A stretch of 64,000 nt of DNA, from positions 462,390-526,389 of the forward strand of contig JAXLXM010000001.1 in assembly GCA_046327925.1 (NCBI GenBank), given 5' to 3'. The position numbers and the translations under genes were made by a program. The notes under the pieces were generated by a model, which saw only the letters and a program-made list of their open reading frames with translations, did no database searches and was not told where the DNA came from. The stretch comes from Candidatus Binatia bacterium (lineage in GTDB: Bacteria; Desulfobacterota; Binatia; HRBIN30). How positions within the stretch are numbered: position 1 is the stretch's first letter; each line of letters begins with the position of its first letter. Positions 1-10,523 of the stretch are shown here, piece after piece.

Positions 1-543
1 GTTACCGCTGTGCGGCTGGGCACTGACGACGATCTCGAAGGTGCCGTCCGGATTGACCTGCAGCCGAGTAAGGTCAAGCGCATCGATCGAACGGCCAAGC
101 GACCCTTCACCGGGTGTACCGGCCATGACCTGGAACGCGAGGTACGCAGCGGTCCCACGGGTCCCACTGACGAGATACTCGCCTCGATCGTCGATCTCGG
201 CATTGGCATAGAGGTTATCTGGGTTGTCCAAGCCCCACTTGGTGAAGGTGTCCTGGGTACGACTGAACGACGGATGGTCAACGTCCGAGTTTGCCAGTTT
301 GCGCTCGAGCGCCCAGCGGACCAGACCGGCGAGGTACCGGTAACCCTCGGCACGGTCTTGCTCGGAGAGGTTCGGGACCTGCCTCACCAACGCCTCCGCT
401 TCCGCCACCGATGACGTGAAGCGTTCCATCGCCGAATGCAACGCGCCGTCCGGATCTCCCGAAACGGGTGCGTTGCGGCATGCGGCCAACGCCAGCACTG
501 CGGCGGTGCAGACCGCCGTGCGTTGCGCCACCAGCCGGCGCAT
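1..543 (-). CDS. DUF1214-like exported lipoprotein, 5' part only (gene runs off the left edge)
   Basis: Not in ORF track (no stop in window). Manual minus-strand translation from ATG 543..541 gives MRRLVAQRTAVCTAAVLALAACRNAP (lipobox LAAC) ... FTKWGLDNPDNLYANAEIDDRGEYLVSGTRG ... LQVNPDGTFEIVVSAQPHSGN, open to base 1. AGGGAGCGGGG purine run lies just upstream of the ATG. Paralog of 3855..5177. Confidence 0.6.
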   Translation of the reverse strand, partial: MRRLVAQRTAVCTAAVLALAACRNAPVSGDPDGALHSAMERFTSSVAEAEALVRQVPNLSEQDRAEGYRYLAGLVRWALERKLANSDVDHPSFSRTQDTFTKWGLDNPDNLYANAEIDDRGEYLVSGTRGTAAYLAFQVMAGTPGEGSLGRSIDALDLTRLQVNPDGTFEIVVSAQPHSGN

Positions 544-658
544 CACCCCGCTCCCTGTACCCGGGTCGGCGTCGTTGACATTCGCGGTGGATCCTTGTCG
601 TGATGTCCCAAACGCGCGTGCGGTACCGATCGTGACACCCGTAATCGAGCGGTCAAGC

Positions 659-682
659 GGAAGGCGCCACGGGCCGCCTTCC
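659..682 (-). terminator. GC-rich hairpin 4 nt downstream of the TBDR-OmpA stop (candidate terminator or 3' stabiliser)
   Basis: GGAAGGCG-N8-CGCCTTCC, perfect 8-bp stem. No U-tract follows on the minus strand, so intrinsic-terminator status is uncertain. Confidence 0.3.
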
Positions 683-686
683 ACCG

Positions 687-3548
687 CTACTTGACGTGAA
701 GTTCCACCCTGCGGTTCTGTGCCCGCCCGCCCGCGGTGTCATTCGACGCCACCGGCTTCGATTCGCCCAGCCCTTCCGCCGTGATGCGCCCGGACGCCAC
801 ACCGTGCTCCACGAGGTAGCGACGGACGGTCTCGGCACGCCGCCGGGACAGGCGCAGGTTGTACTGCTCGGTGCCGACGCTGTCGGTGTGACCTTCGACG
901 ACAATGTCCACGCTCCCTTCCTGTTTCAGGACCTGGACCGCCTCATCGAGGATCGGCTTCGCCTCCGCTTTCAGGGTGGCCTTGTCGAAGTCAAAGTGGA
1001 CGCTGCGCAGCACGATCTTCTTTTTCGGCGCCGTTGGCGGTGCTGGCGCCTGGGCGACCGGTGCCGGCGGGGGCGCGATGGGCTCGGCGCCAGCCGTGAG
1101 GTTGTACGCTAGCTGCAGGCCGAAGGTGCGCGGTGCGCCATAGAAATTGGTCGACCAGCCGATCGTCTGCCCGAAGTCGACGCCTGCGATGCGATATTTC
1201 TTATCGAACAGGTTACGGCCAAACACCGAGAGGTCGAGGCTGCCCATCTGCAATGGGATGTCCACAAACTGCAGGCGCCCGGAGACCACGGCATAATTGG
1301 GGGCCTTCATCGCCTGGGCTCCGGGAGTACGGTCGTTCGCCAAGAACGTTTGCTGATCCTGCCAGAACACGTTCAGGTGCGCCGAGAAGGTTCCGCTACC
1401 CGTCGGCGGAGCTGTATAGCCAAGATCGAGACCGGCCTGGTGTTGTGGCGTGAACGCGAAAGAGCGCTGGTCGGCGACATTTTCCAGAACCGGGTTGCCG
1501 TCCGGACCGAAGATCGGCTGATTATTGGCGTCGAATTTTTGATCGAACCACTCCAGGAACTTCGGCAGTGTCGCCCCATAGGTTGCAGTCACCTCGACGC
1601 CGCGGATTGGGACCGCCGTCACCTCCACCTCGGTGCCCCAAACCTCCGCCGAATCGACATTGGAGAGGAGGCTGAGCACCCCTCCGGTCGAACTGGCGCG
1701 AAAGATGCTCTGCTGCAAATCCTTGTAGTCGCTGTAATAGCCCGCGGCATTGACGCGCAGGCGATTGTCGAGCCACTGCGACTTGAAGCCCAGTTCGTAC
1801 TGCAGCAGTCTTTCTGGATCGAATGGGATGGCAAACGCACGTGGATCGTTGCTGGTCCCGTTGAACCCACCGCCCTTGTAGCCGCGGGCGACGCGGAAGT
1901 AGGCCATCAACTCGTCGGTAGCCTGGAAGGCAATGTTCGCCATGGGTGAAAGGCCTGGAGCCCCCGCGCCGTGAATCCCGAAGGCCGTGCCCCGCGAAGA
2001 CGTCCAGTTTTTTAGCGCGGGCGACGGGATGGCCGCGTTGTTGCAGAAATTGATGCCACCGGGACCGGTCACTCGGACGCAATTGAAGGTCTTGTCCATA
2101 TGGACTTGGTCGTGCGTATAGCGGATGCCGGCCGTCACACTGAGCCGGTCGCGGAGGATCGGCGGGGTCACGGTAAACTGACCGAATGCCGCCAGGGACT
2201 CCGTCTCGACGGCAACGTCGTATGGCAGCACCGTAGCGCGGTTCATGAATGACTGGCCTTGGAACATATCCGAGTGCTCGCCGTAATAGTACCCACCGAG
2301 GACGTAGTGCACCCGCGGCGCAGTGCCGACCACTTGCAGCTCTTCGCTCCAATGCTTGATGTTGTTGTCCGATCCGAACTCCGCCCCATGCAGCGGGCTG
2401 CCGTCGATATCCTGACGGATATCTTGGAAGAGGCTACGATACGCGGAGATGGACTTGACCGTCACTTGACCGAGCGGTCCCACTTGGCCGAGATCGTACG
2501 CGCCGGTCAGGATATGCATGCGGTGGTTGCCGTCGTCGTAGAGCCGGGAGCAGTTCGTCGGGTCTTTCGCATCGACGCAGCTCACGTTGTTGCCCCATGA
2601 ATCCACCCGGTTCTTGCGGAGGTACGGCGTCAAATCGAACGGGCGGCCCGCCGAGGCCGGCGAGTTCGGATAGATGAATGTGAGTTGGTACGACCATGGG
2701 AAAGTACGAATCCGATGGTACTCGAACGCATAGTCGATCGTGAGGGGTTGGATCGGCTGCCAGCGCAGGGAGGTCATGGTGAAGATCCGGTTCAGGTTGG
2801 CAAAGCCGGCGCTGCCACTGGACGGGACGCTCGTCGGGGAGCTGTTCGTGAAGTAGCCGTCGTGGTGCTTATACATGACGGTCTGGCGCAGGCTGAGCGT
2901 CCCCAAGGCGTCGGACTGCCAGAAGCCATTCTTGCCGATCAGCGGTACGTTGGCGGTGACGCGGCTGCGGAACGTGTTGTAGTTCCCCACCTCCGTCTGC
3001 AACGTCACGGTGCGCTCCTCGGTCGGCTTCTTGGTGATGAAGTTGATTGCGCCGCCGATGGTATTGCGACCGTACAAGGTGCCCTGCGGCCCGCGCAAGA
3101 CCTCGACGTGATCGAGATCTTCCAAATCCAGGTTGGTGCCCTGCAGTTTCGGGATATAGACGCCGTCCACGTACAGTCCGGCCGCGGGTTCGAATGAAAG
3201 ATTCGGGTTGGCGGTGGCGATGCCGCGGATGCCGACGACGGTGGCTGACGCGCTCCCGCCGCCGATCGTGATGCGCACGTTCGGCGCCGTCTCACCGATA
3301 TCCGTAACGCTTTTCACACCGCGCGCGGCCAGATTTTCGCTGGTGAGCGCGGTGACGGAGATCGGCACCTCCTGAATGCTCTCCTCGCGCTTCTGCGCCA
3401 CCACGGTGATCGATTCGATTTCCGTTTCCAGCTTCGGCGCGGCCTTCCCCTTCGCCGCCTGCGCCCAGCCCGTTCCCGGCACGGCCCACGCAATACCGGC
3501 GATGAGACCGATGCCGAGCCACCCCGCGATTTTCATTCCTCTTGTCAT
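687..3548 (-). CDS. TonB-dependent receptor with C-terminal OmpA-like peptidoglycan-binding domain
   Basis: ORF 687..3626 trimmed to ATG 3548 (MTRGMKIAGWLGIGLIAGIAWAVPGTGWAQA signal peptide, G-run RBS). Plug region ETEIESITVVAQKREESIQEVP, motif VEVLRGPQGTLYGRNTIGGAINF, last barrel strand RTFGLQLAYNL. This is followed by the Pro-rich linker APPPAPVAQAPAPPTAPKKK and the OmpA_C motif GHTDSVGTEQYNLRLSRRRAETV...NRRVELHVK. Confidence 0.9.
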   Translation of the reverse strand: MTRGMKIAGWLGIGLIAGIAWAVPGTGWAQAAKGKAAPKLETEIESITVVAQKREESIQEVPISVTALTSENLAARGVKSVTDIGETAPNVRITIGGGSASATVVGIRGIATANPNLSFEPAAGLYVDGVYIPKLQGTNLDLEDLDHVEVLRGPQGTLYGRNTIGGAINFITKKPTEERTVTLQTEVGNYNTFRSRVTANVPLIGKNGFWQSDALGTLSLRQTVMYKHHDGYFTNSSPTSVPSSGSAGFANLNRIFTMTSLRWQPIQPLTIDYAFEYHRIRTFPWSYQLTFIYPNSPASAGRPFDLTPYLRKNRVDSWGNNVSCVDAKDPTNCSRLYDDGNHRMHILTGAYDLGQVGPLGQVTVKSISAYRSLFQDIRQDIDGSPLHGAEFGSDNNIKHWSEELQVVGTAPRVHYVLGGYYYGEHSDMFQGQSFMNRATVLPYDVAVETESLAAFGQFTVTPPILRDRLSVTAGIRYTHDQVHMDKTFNCVRVTGPGGINFCNNAAIPSPALKNWTSSRGTAFGIHGAGAPGLSPMANIAFQATDELMAYFRVARGYKGGGFNGTSNDPRAFAIPFDPERLLQYELGFKSQWLDNRLRVNAAGYYSDYKDLQQSIFRASSTGGVLSLLSNVDSAEVWGTEVEVTAVPIRGVEVTATYGATLPKFLEWFDQKFDANNQPIFGPDGNPVLENVADQRSFAFTPQHQAGLDLGYTAPPTGSGTFSAHLNVFWQDQQTFLANDRTPGAQAMKAPNYAVVSGRLQFVDIPLQMGSLDLSVFGRNLFDKKYRIAGVDFGQTIGWSTNFYGAPRTFGLQLAYNLTAGAEPIAPPPAPVAQAPAPPTAPKKKIVLRSVHFDFDKATLKAEAKPILDEAVQVLKQEGSVDIVVEGHTDSVGTEQYNLRLSRRRAETVRRYLVEHGVASGRITAEGLGESKPVASNDTAGGRAQNRRVELHVK

Positions 3549-3684
3549 GATCCCCCCGTTCTCGGTGGCCGTGATTTCCAGCCTCCCGACGCCGATACCG
3601 CCCTCCGCGATCAGCGCACGGCACATTTCAGTTGCGCCGCAGGCTGGCTCGCTCCCGTCCTTTTGCCTTGGGTTGACCCCAGCA

Positions 3685-3713
3685 AGTAGAACGAGTTTTT
3701 CTAATTAAGTCAA
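3685..3713 (-). promoter_or_regulatory. Candidate sigma-70 promoter for the TBDR-OmpA gene
   Basis: Minus strand reads TTGACT (3713..3708), 17 nt, TCTACT (3690..3685), inside a locally AT-rich island in otherwise GC-rich DNA. Same TTGACT-N17-T.TA.. architecture at 7903..7931 and 15560..15588. Confidence 0.4.
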
Positions 3714-3854
3714 TCAGGTTTTCTTAAGATATCGGGCGCCGGCGCACACCGTCCACCGACTGCTCCTGCACGCAGACGTTGCCTTGGACAAACTCGGCAT
3801 CCGGTTTCAGGCGCGCCAAACCGCACCAGTGGTCCGGGGCGGACCCATCATCAT

Positions 3855-5177
3855 CTACAGGTTAAACCGCCGCTGGACATGGCGCCGTCGTTCCCTGATG
3901 GCCGCGTCACGTTGGGCCGGGGTGATCGTAGGCGTGTCCTTGGGAATCGCCCGTCGCAACCGAGCCAACTTGATTTTCTTGGCAACGGGCATCCGATTTC
4001 GGGGAAGTTGGTCGATTCTCAGGCCATCGTACCGGATGATGATTCCCCCCTGCCTCAGCCCCATCGTGTCCAGCCAGTTTTGGACGCCAGGATCGCGGTG
4101 GGCGATGACGAAGTGGTACGCGCCGTCGCTGCTCAGATACGCTTGATCCAGAGTCAGGCTGGTCTGACGATTGGCGTATTCGAGCGACGCCATCCAGTCA
4201 TCCATCAACTGGATGCCTTGACAGGTCGCCGGCGAGGGCCACATCGTCACCACCAGCGCGTCATCGTCCGCCAGCTCGAAACTGCCTTCGGACATGGGCC
4301 TGCCGGGTCTTCCGCCGTGTGCCGATCGATCGCGTGCCGGTGAAAGCGTGTTCACCGGCTGTGCCTTCACCGTCCGCTCCAGGAAAAAGTTCGGCCACAA
4401 CCGGCACTCCATCTTGAATTCCTCGGCGGCGGCGGCGATACGGCGCGCCACCTCCGCGGTCGTCATGGCGGGCTTGAGTCGGCCCTCGTACCCGACTCGA
4501 TCGATATGCACCTCGCCGGGCAGCTCGTTGCGCCAATCGCAAAAGATCTGGCGAACGAGCACCGATGTGCCGTCAGGAGGATTCTCTAGCCAGTTCCCCC
4601 GTGTCCGCTCCGGGCTCAGCGCGATTTCGAACGTCCCATCGGCATTGAACTGCATCTCCTCCATCGTCAGTACCGATGCCGACCGCCCGGTTCCGGACTT
4701 CCAGGGCGTACCCGCATATACCTGCGCATCGAGGCCCCGCTGGGTGCCTCTGGTACCCCAAATTCGATATTGCTCGCCTCCGCGGAGGTCGGCCATGAGG
4801 TACCGTTGGTATGGACAATCGCCACCCGCGCGAACGTTGAAGTCGACGACACGAAAAAACGGATAATCCGCGTCGCCATTCACTTTTTGCTGAAGCGCCC
4901 ACAACAACATGCGCGACAGGAACGTCATGCCAGCCGCACGGTTGAGGTCGTCGGTGTAGAACGGGTGCCGGCGGATGAAATCGGCGGACTCCGTTATCGC
5001 GGTGGCGAGGTTTTGGGCAGCCCACTGCAGTGCGTCACCGGTCTCCTGGCTCGGTTTCCACGTCGAATCGGACGAGGCGCCAGCCGCTGGCGGGCGCATC
5101 TCCTCTGCCAAGGCCATCCAGGCCCGCGCATTCACGCCGGCCAAGCCGAGAACTGCCATGAAATCGCGGCGCTTCAT
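3855..5177 (-). CDS. Tat-signal DUF1214-like exported protein
   Basis: ORF 3855..5348 trimmed to ATG 5177 (GAGGCAGGA RBS). N-terminus MKRRDFMAVLGLAGVNARAWMALA has a twin-arginine motif. Body motifs FFRVVDFNVRAGGDCPYQRYLMADLRGGEQYRIWGTRGT and FNADGTFEIALS parallel the 1..543 protein. Confidence 0.7.
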   Translation of the reverse strand: MKRRDFMAVLGLAGVNARAWMALAEEMRPPAAGASSDSTWKPSQETGDALQWAAQNLATAITESADFIRRHPFYTDDLNRAAGMTFLSRMLLWALQQKVNGDADYPFFRVVDFNVRAGGDCPYQRYLMADLRGGEQYRIWGTRGTQRGLDAQVYAGTPWKSGTGRSASVLTMEEMQFNADGTFEIALSPERTRGNWLENPPDGTSVLVRQIFCDWRNELPGEVHIDRVGYEGRLKPAMTTAEVARRIAAAAEEFKMECRLWPNFFLERTVKAQPVNTLSPARDRSAHGGRPGRPMSEGSFELADDDALVVTMWPSPATCQGIQLMDDWMASLEYANRQTSLTLDQAYLSSDGAYHFVIAHRDPGVQNWLDTMGLRQGGIIIRYDGLRIDQLPRNRMPVAKKIKLARLRRAIPKDTPTITPAQRDAAIRERRRHVQRRFNL

Positions 5178-5184
5178 TCCTGCC

Positions 5185-5319
5185 TCACGACTCGCTGAGA
5201 TTGTACGTGAGCGGCGAACCAAAGGTGAGTGGCGCCCCGCGGAAGTCGGCCGACCAACCGAACGATTGGCCGAAATCCACGCTACCAACGCGATACTTCT
5301 TGTCGAACAGCAGACGGCC
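5185..5319 (-). pseudogene. Relic of a TonB-dependent receptor (last ~44 codons only)
   Basis: Tail of ORF 5185..5994 reads GRLLFDKKYRVGSVDFGQSFGWSADFRGAPLTFGSPLTYNLSES-stop. It aligns to the C-termini of both intact TBDRs in the window (NLFDKKYRIAGVDFGQTIGW..., NLFDRKYRISGVDFGQALGW...). Upstream residues are not TBDR-like. Confidence 0.75.
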
Positions 5320-5404
5320 AACCAGGGCCGGCAGGGCCCAGATCGCAACGGGTAGAAGACCGCGGCCGCGACCCGCCGTGTTGCTGACGGCTCCCATCAT
5401 CGCC

Positions 5405-7540
5405 TCACCTTTTCTCGGTAGTTCCGCGGTCGGCAACCGCGACGCGCCATCGGGAGTCGCCCGCCGCCGCGCGCGCCACGTAGCGGTCGACATCTTCGCC
5501 CAATAAGAAGCCTTCGTCGCGCAGGGACGCGGCGGCCTGCCGCACCTTGTTGATGTAATCCGCCTTGCCCGCGTAGCGCTCTGCAAGCGAGAGTCGGGGG
5601 TCGCCATCCCTGCTGCGCGTAGCGGCGTCCGCGGCGAATGGCTTGAAGCTGCCGACGACCAGGCAGAGTTCACCTTCCGCATAGCCCTTCCTGCGGACGT
5701 TCCAGCCCAGATAGGTACCGACGGGTGCGGCGATATCCGGTAGCCGAATACCACCAATGTCGTTGCCGTCGGCATCGGTGGTCGGCACCAGTATCTTCCA
5801 GCTCCGGCTATAGTCCGCCTGTGGCGGCACGTTGGTGTAATCGGCCACCTCCACGCCATTGACCACCGGACTGTATGGCATCCCGATGCCGAAGAGATCC
5901 GGGAAACCGACCGCCGCCTGCGATGCCGGATCGGCAAGCGTACCGCCGGCAATCGACGGCCATCGGCTGGGCGGCGGTTGCGTTCTGCCGGCAACCCAAT
6001 CCGTCATGGCGACCAGCGCCGCCCTCAACGGCGCGCCGCGTTGCATCGGGTTTGCCTGATACTGGCACGCTGGCAGTGTGCCGCCTGGGTAATGGGTGCC
6101 GCTCGCGATCATGTAGGCGCGAACGTTCTCGGGGAAGGCGACGTCGCGACCCGCGCCATCGGTGCCGACCAGTGCCGCCCCCGCAGTGCGGAACTCGGCG
6201 GCGGTATCGATATGAAAGAGCCTTGGACAGGTTTGATTCGCCGAACACCTTGCAAGTATCCCATCGCGCTTGCCGGTCACGGGATCGGTGGTCGTGGCGT
6301 ACGTAAAGGGAAACTGGTTGCCATAGACCAGATGTTCTTCGTGCTGTCGGGAAAAGCGTCCCGGCTGCGCCCAGCGGACATTGGTGAAGGTCTGGCGCGC
6401 TCCGGCAACAATCGGAATCATGCCGTCGAATACACGCCGCCCGCTACCGTCCGCGTTGAACCCCTGCCATGTGAAGTCCCGCAAGTAGCGCCCGGATTGC
6501 GAGGCACCGATGGCGATCGCCAGATCGACCGGCGCGCCGGCCAGGGCACAGCGACCGCTCGAACCGTTCACCTCACACGGGGCTTGACTCAAATCGGCCA
6601 GGGGACTGGGATTGCCAGCAGAGTCCTTCTGCTCGTACCGCAGAAAGGAAACCAGGTCGCGTGTTACGGCAAAACCCAGTCCCATCACAATCGGGTCGCG
6701 CGCCCGATACACGAATTCGTAAATGGCGCCGGCATCCATGTCGGCGGGACGATCGAGTTGCACGCTCCGGTCATTCACGTAACGCCAATGATCACGGGCG
6801 ATTTCGCGTTTGACGTCGCGCTGTCGGGCGCGCACAGTCAACGTGGCCTGTGTCTGGTCCAGTGTCGCCGCAGGGTAGACCAGTGAAATTGTTGTCGGGG
6901 TGATCAGGTTATCGAACACCACCTCGGTCTGCGTCATGCCGACGATCGACCGTTTGCCATTCCGGGCAACCGGCAGATGGGCCTTGATGAGCGGCACGTT
7001 GCCGAACATCTCCCGCATCCGCGGATCGGCGCTGGCATCCAGATCGCCCTGCCAGCCGCTAAAGACCACCGTATAGCCTTGGCGCATGAGAAAGCCTTGC
7101 CCGCTCTCCTCCGCCGTCATCAGCTCGCCGGGTCTGGCCACGTCGTTGAGCATCTGCAGCAACACCTTGGTACCGCGATTGGCAACCTCGAACACCAGGA
7201 CGCGGCGCGCCTTGGCCCCGTCAATGGGCCGCAGAATGACCAGGTCCGTTGAGTACGAAACCCAGCCGTTATGGCGCGGCGCCTTGTCGAGATCGACGAT
7301 GCCGGCATTGGCGGGATGTCGGGGATCGATCTTGAGGTACGCAACGGCGTCGATGCGCTCATAGACGCCGATGTTGCCGAAGCTCGCGCCGCCGAAGGCG
7401 GGCTGCCGTTTGACGACCTCGATGCGCTCGACAGCGCCTGCGGCCTTCAGCGGCGCTTCGGCCGCACCTGTTTCTGTCGCGCGGCACAGCGCAAACAACA
7501 CGACCGCGAGCGCCCACCGGGCGTGCTTCCGCGCTTTCAT
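5405..7540 (-). CDS. Secreted alpha/beta-hydrolase-domain-like protein (large, uncharacterised family)
   Basis: ORF 5405..7753 trimmed to ATG 7540 (MKARKHARWALAVVLFALCRATETGAAEA signal peptide). N-terminal signature RIEVVKRQPAFGGASFGNIGVYERIDAVAYLKIDPRHPANAGIVDLDKAPRHNGWVSYSTDLVILRP...VLVFEVANRGTK resembles proteins annotated as alpha/beta hydrolase domain-containing. The family assignment is from memory. Confidence 0.6.
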   Translation of the reverse strand: MKARKHARWALAVVLFALCRATETGAAEAPLKAAGAVERIEVVKRQPAFGGASFGNIGVYERIDAVAYLKIDPRHPANAGIVDLDKAPRHNGWVSYSTDLVILRPIDGAKARRVLVFEVANRGTKVLLQMLNDVARPGELMTAEESGQGFLMRQGYTVVFSGWQGDLDASADPRMREMFGNVPLIKAHLPVARNGKRSIVGMTQTEVVFDNLITPTTISLVYPAATLDQTQATLTVRARQRDVKREIARDHWRYVNDRSVQLDRPADMDAGAIYEFVYRARDPIVMGLGFAVTRDLVSFLRYEQKDSAGNPSPLADLSQAPCEVNGSSGRCALAGAPVDLAIAIGASQSGRYLRDFTWQGFNADGSGRRVFDGMIPIVAGARQTFTNVRWAQPGRFSRQHEEHLVYGNQFPFTYATTTDPVTGKRDGILARCSANQTCPRLFHIDTAAEFRTAGAALVGTDGAGRDVAFPENVRAYMIASGTHYPGGTLPACQYQANPMQRGAPLRAALVAMTDWVAGRTQPPPSRWPSIAGGTLADPASQAAVGFPDLFGIGMPYSPVVNGVEVADYTNVPPQADYSRSWKILVPTTDADGNDIGGIRLPDIAAPVGTYLGWNVRRKGYAEGELCLVVGSFKPFAADAATRSRDGDPRLSLAERYAGKADYINKVRQAAASLRDEGFLLGEDVDRYVARAAAGDSRWRVAVADRGTTEKR

Positions 7541-7902
7541 CTCGCCCTGGCGCCGCACCCGTTGCCCGATGTGCCGGACCCGGCCGTCCGCCGCCGCATC
7601 AATCGGCCCGTCGCCCGCGACACCGGCACGCTGAGCATCGCGACAATCACGTCGACGAGGTCGACGGCCAGCGCCGCGGTCGACAGCACCGGACCGTATG
7701 GCGACTCCAGGTCGCCCTCCTGGTCGGCCATCTTCCGGATCCACAGCATCCACGCGCCGCGCAGGCGCGGTGGGTGCGGATCCGCTCGGGGAGTTCGTGC
7801 AGCACCGCCTGCAAGCGCGCGTTCACCAAACGCGCCCCTTCCTGTGCGTCCAATGAATAGTCGAAAAGAAAATGGCGATACGCCGGATCGGCATGTGCCC
7901 GG

Positions 7903-7931
7903 CTTAAATCAAAGCAATTTACTTCAGTCAA
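7903..7931 (-). promoter_or_regulatory. Candidate sigma-70 promoter facing the hydrolase-like gene
   Basis: Minus strand reads TTGACT (7931..7926), 17 nt, TTTAAG (7908..7903) in an AT-rich island. This would give a long (~360 nt) leader, so confidence is low. Confidence 0.3.
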
Positions 7932-7984
7932 TCGAATTGCTAATGCTCGATCGTCTTTCGCTAATGCGACCAGCGCGCTAATCG
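7913..7984. promoter_or_regulatory. Operator-like repeats in the divergent hydrolase/arylsulfatase control region
   Basis: Inverted repeat AGCAATT (7913..7919) / AATTGCT (7935..7941) brackets the TTGACT box. Three direct GCTAAT repeats follow: GCTAATGC 7939..7946, GCTAATGC 7960..7967, GCTAATCG 7977..7984, the last ~25 nt before the arylsulfatase ATG. Confidence 0.4.
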
Positions 7985-8007
7985 GCACGGAGAGAACGGA
8001 GCAGGTC

Positions 8008-10395
<2,388 letters not shown>

Positions 10396-10523
10396 GGTCC
10401 CGATGTAGCGCTTCGCTGCCTCGAGAAGGTGAACTGTGGTGAAGCAGTCCTTACCCGACAATCCGGAAGTTGGCCGTCACCCTCGGATGCCATGGCCGCG
10501 GCCACTTCCGGACGATGCCCGCG

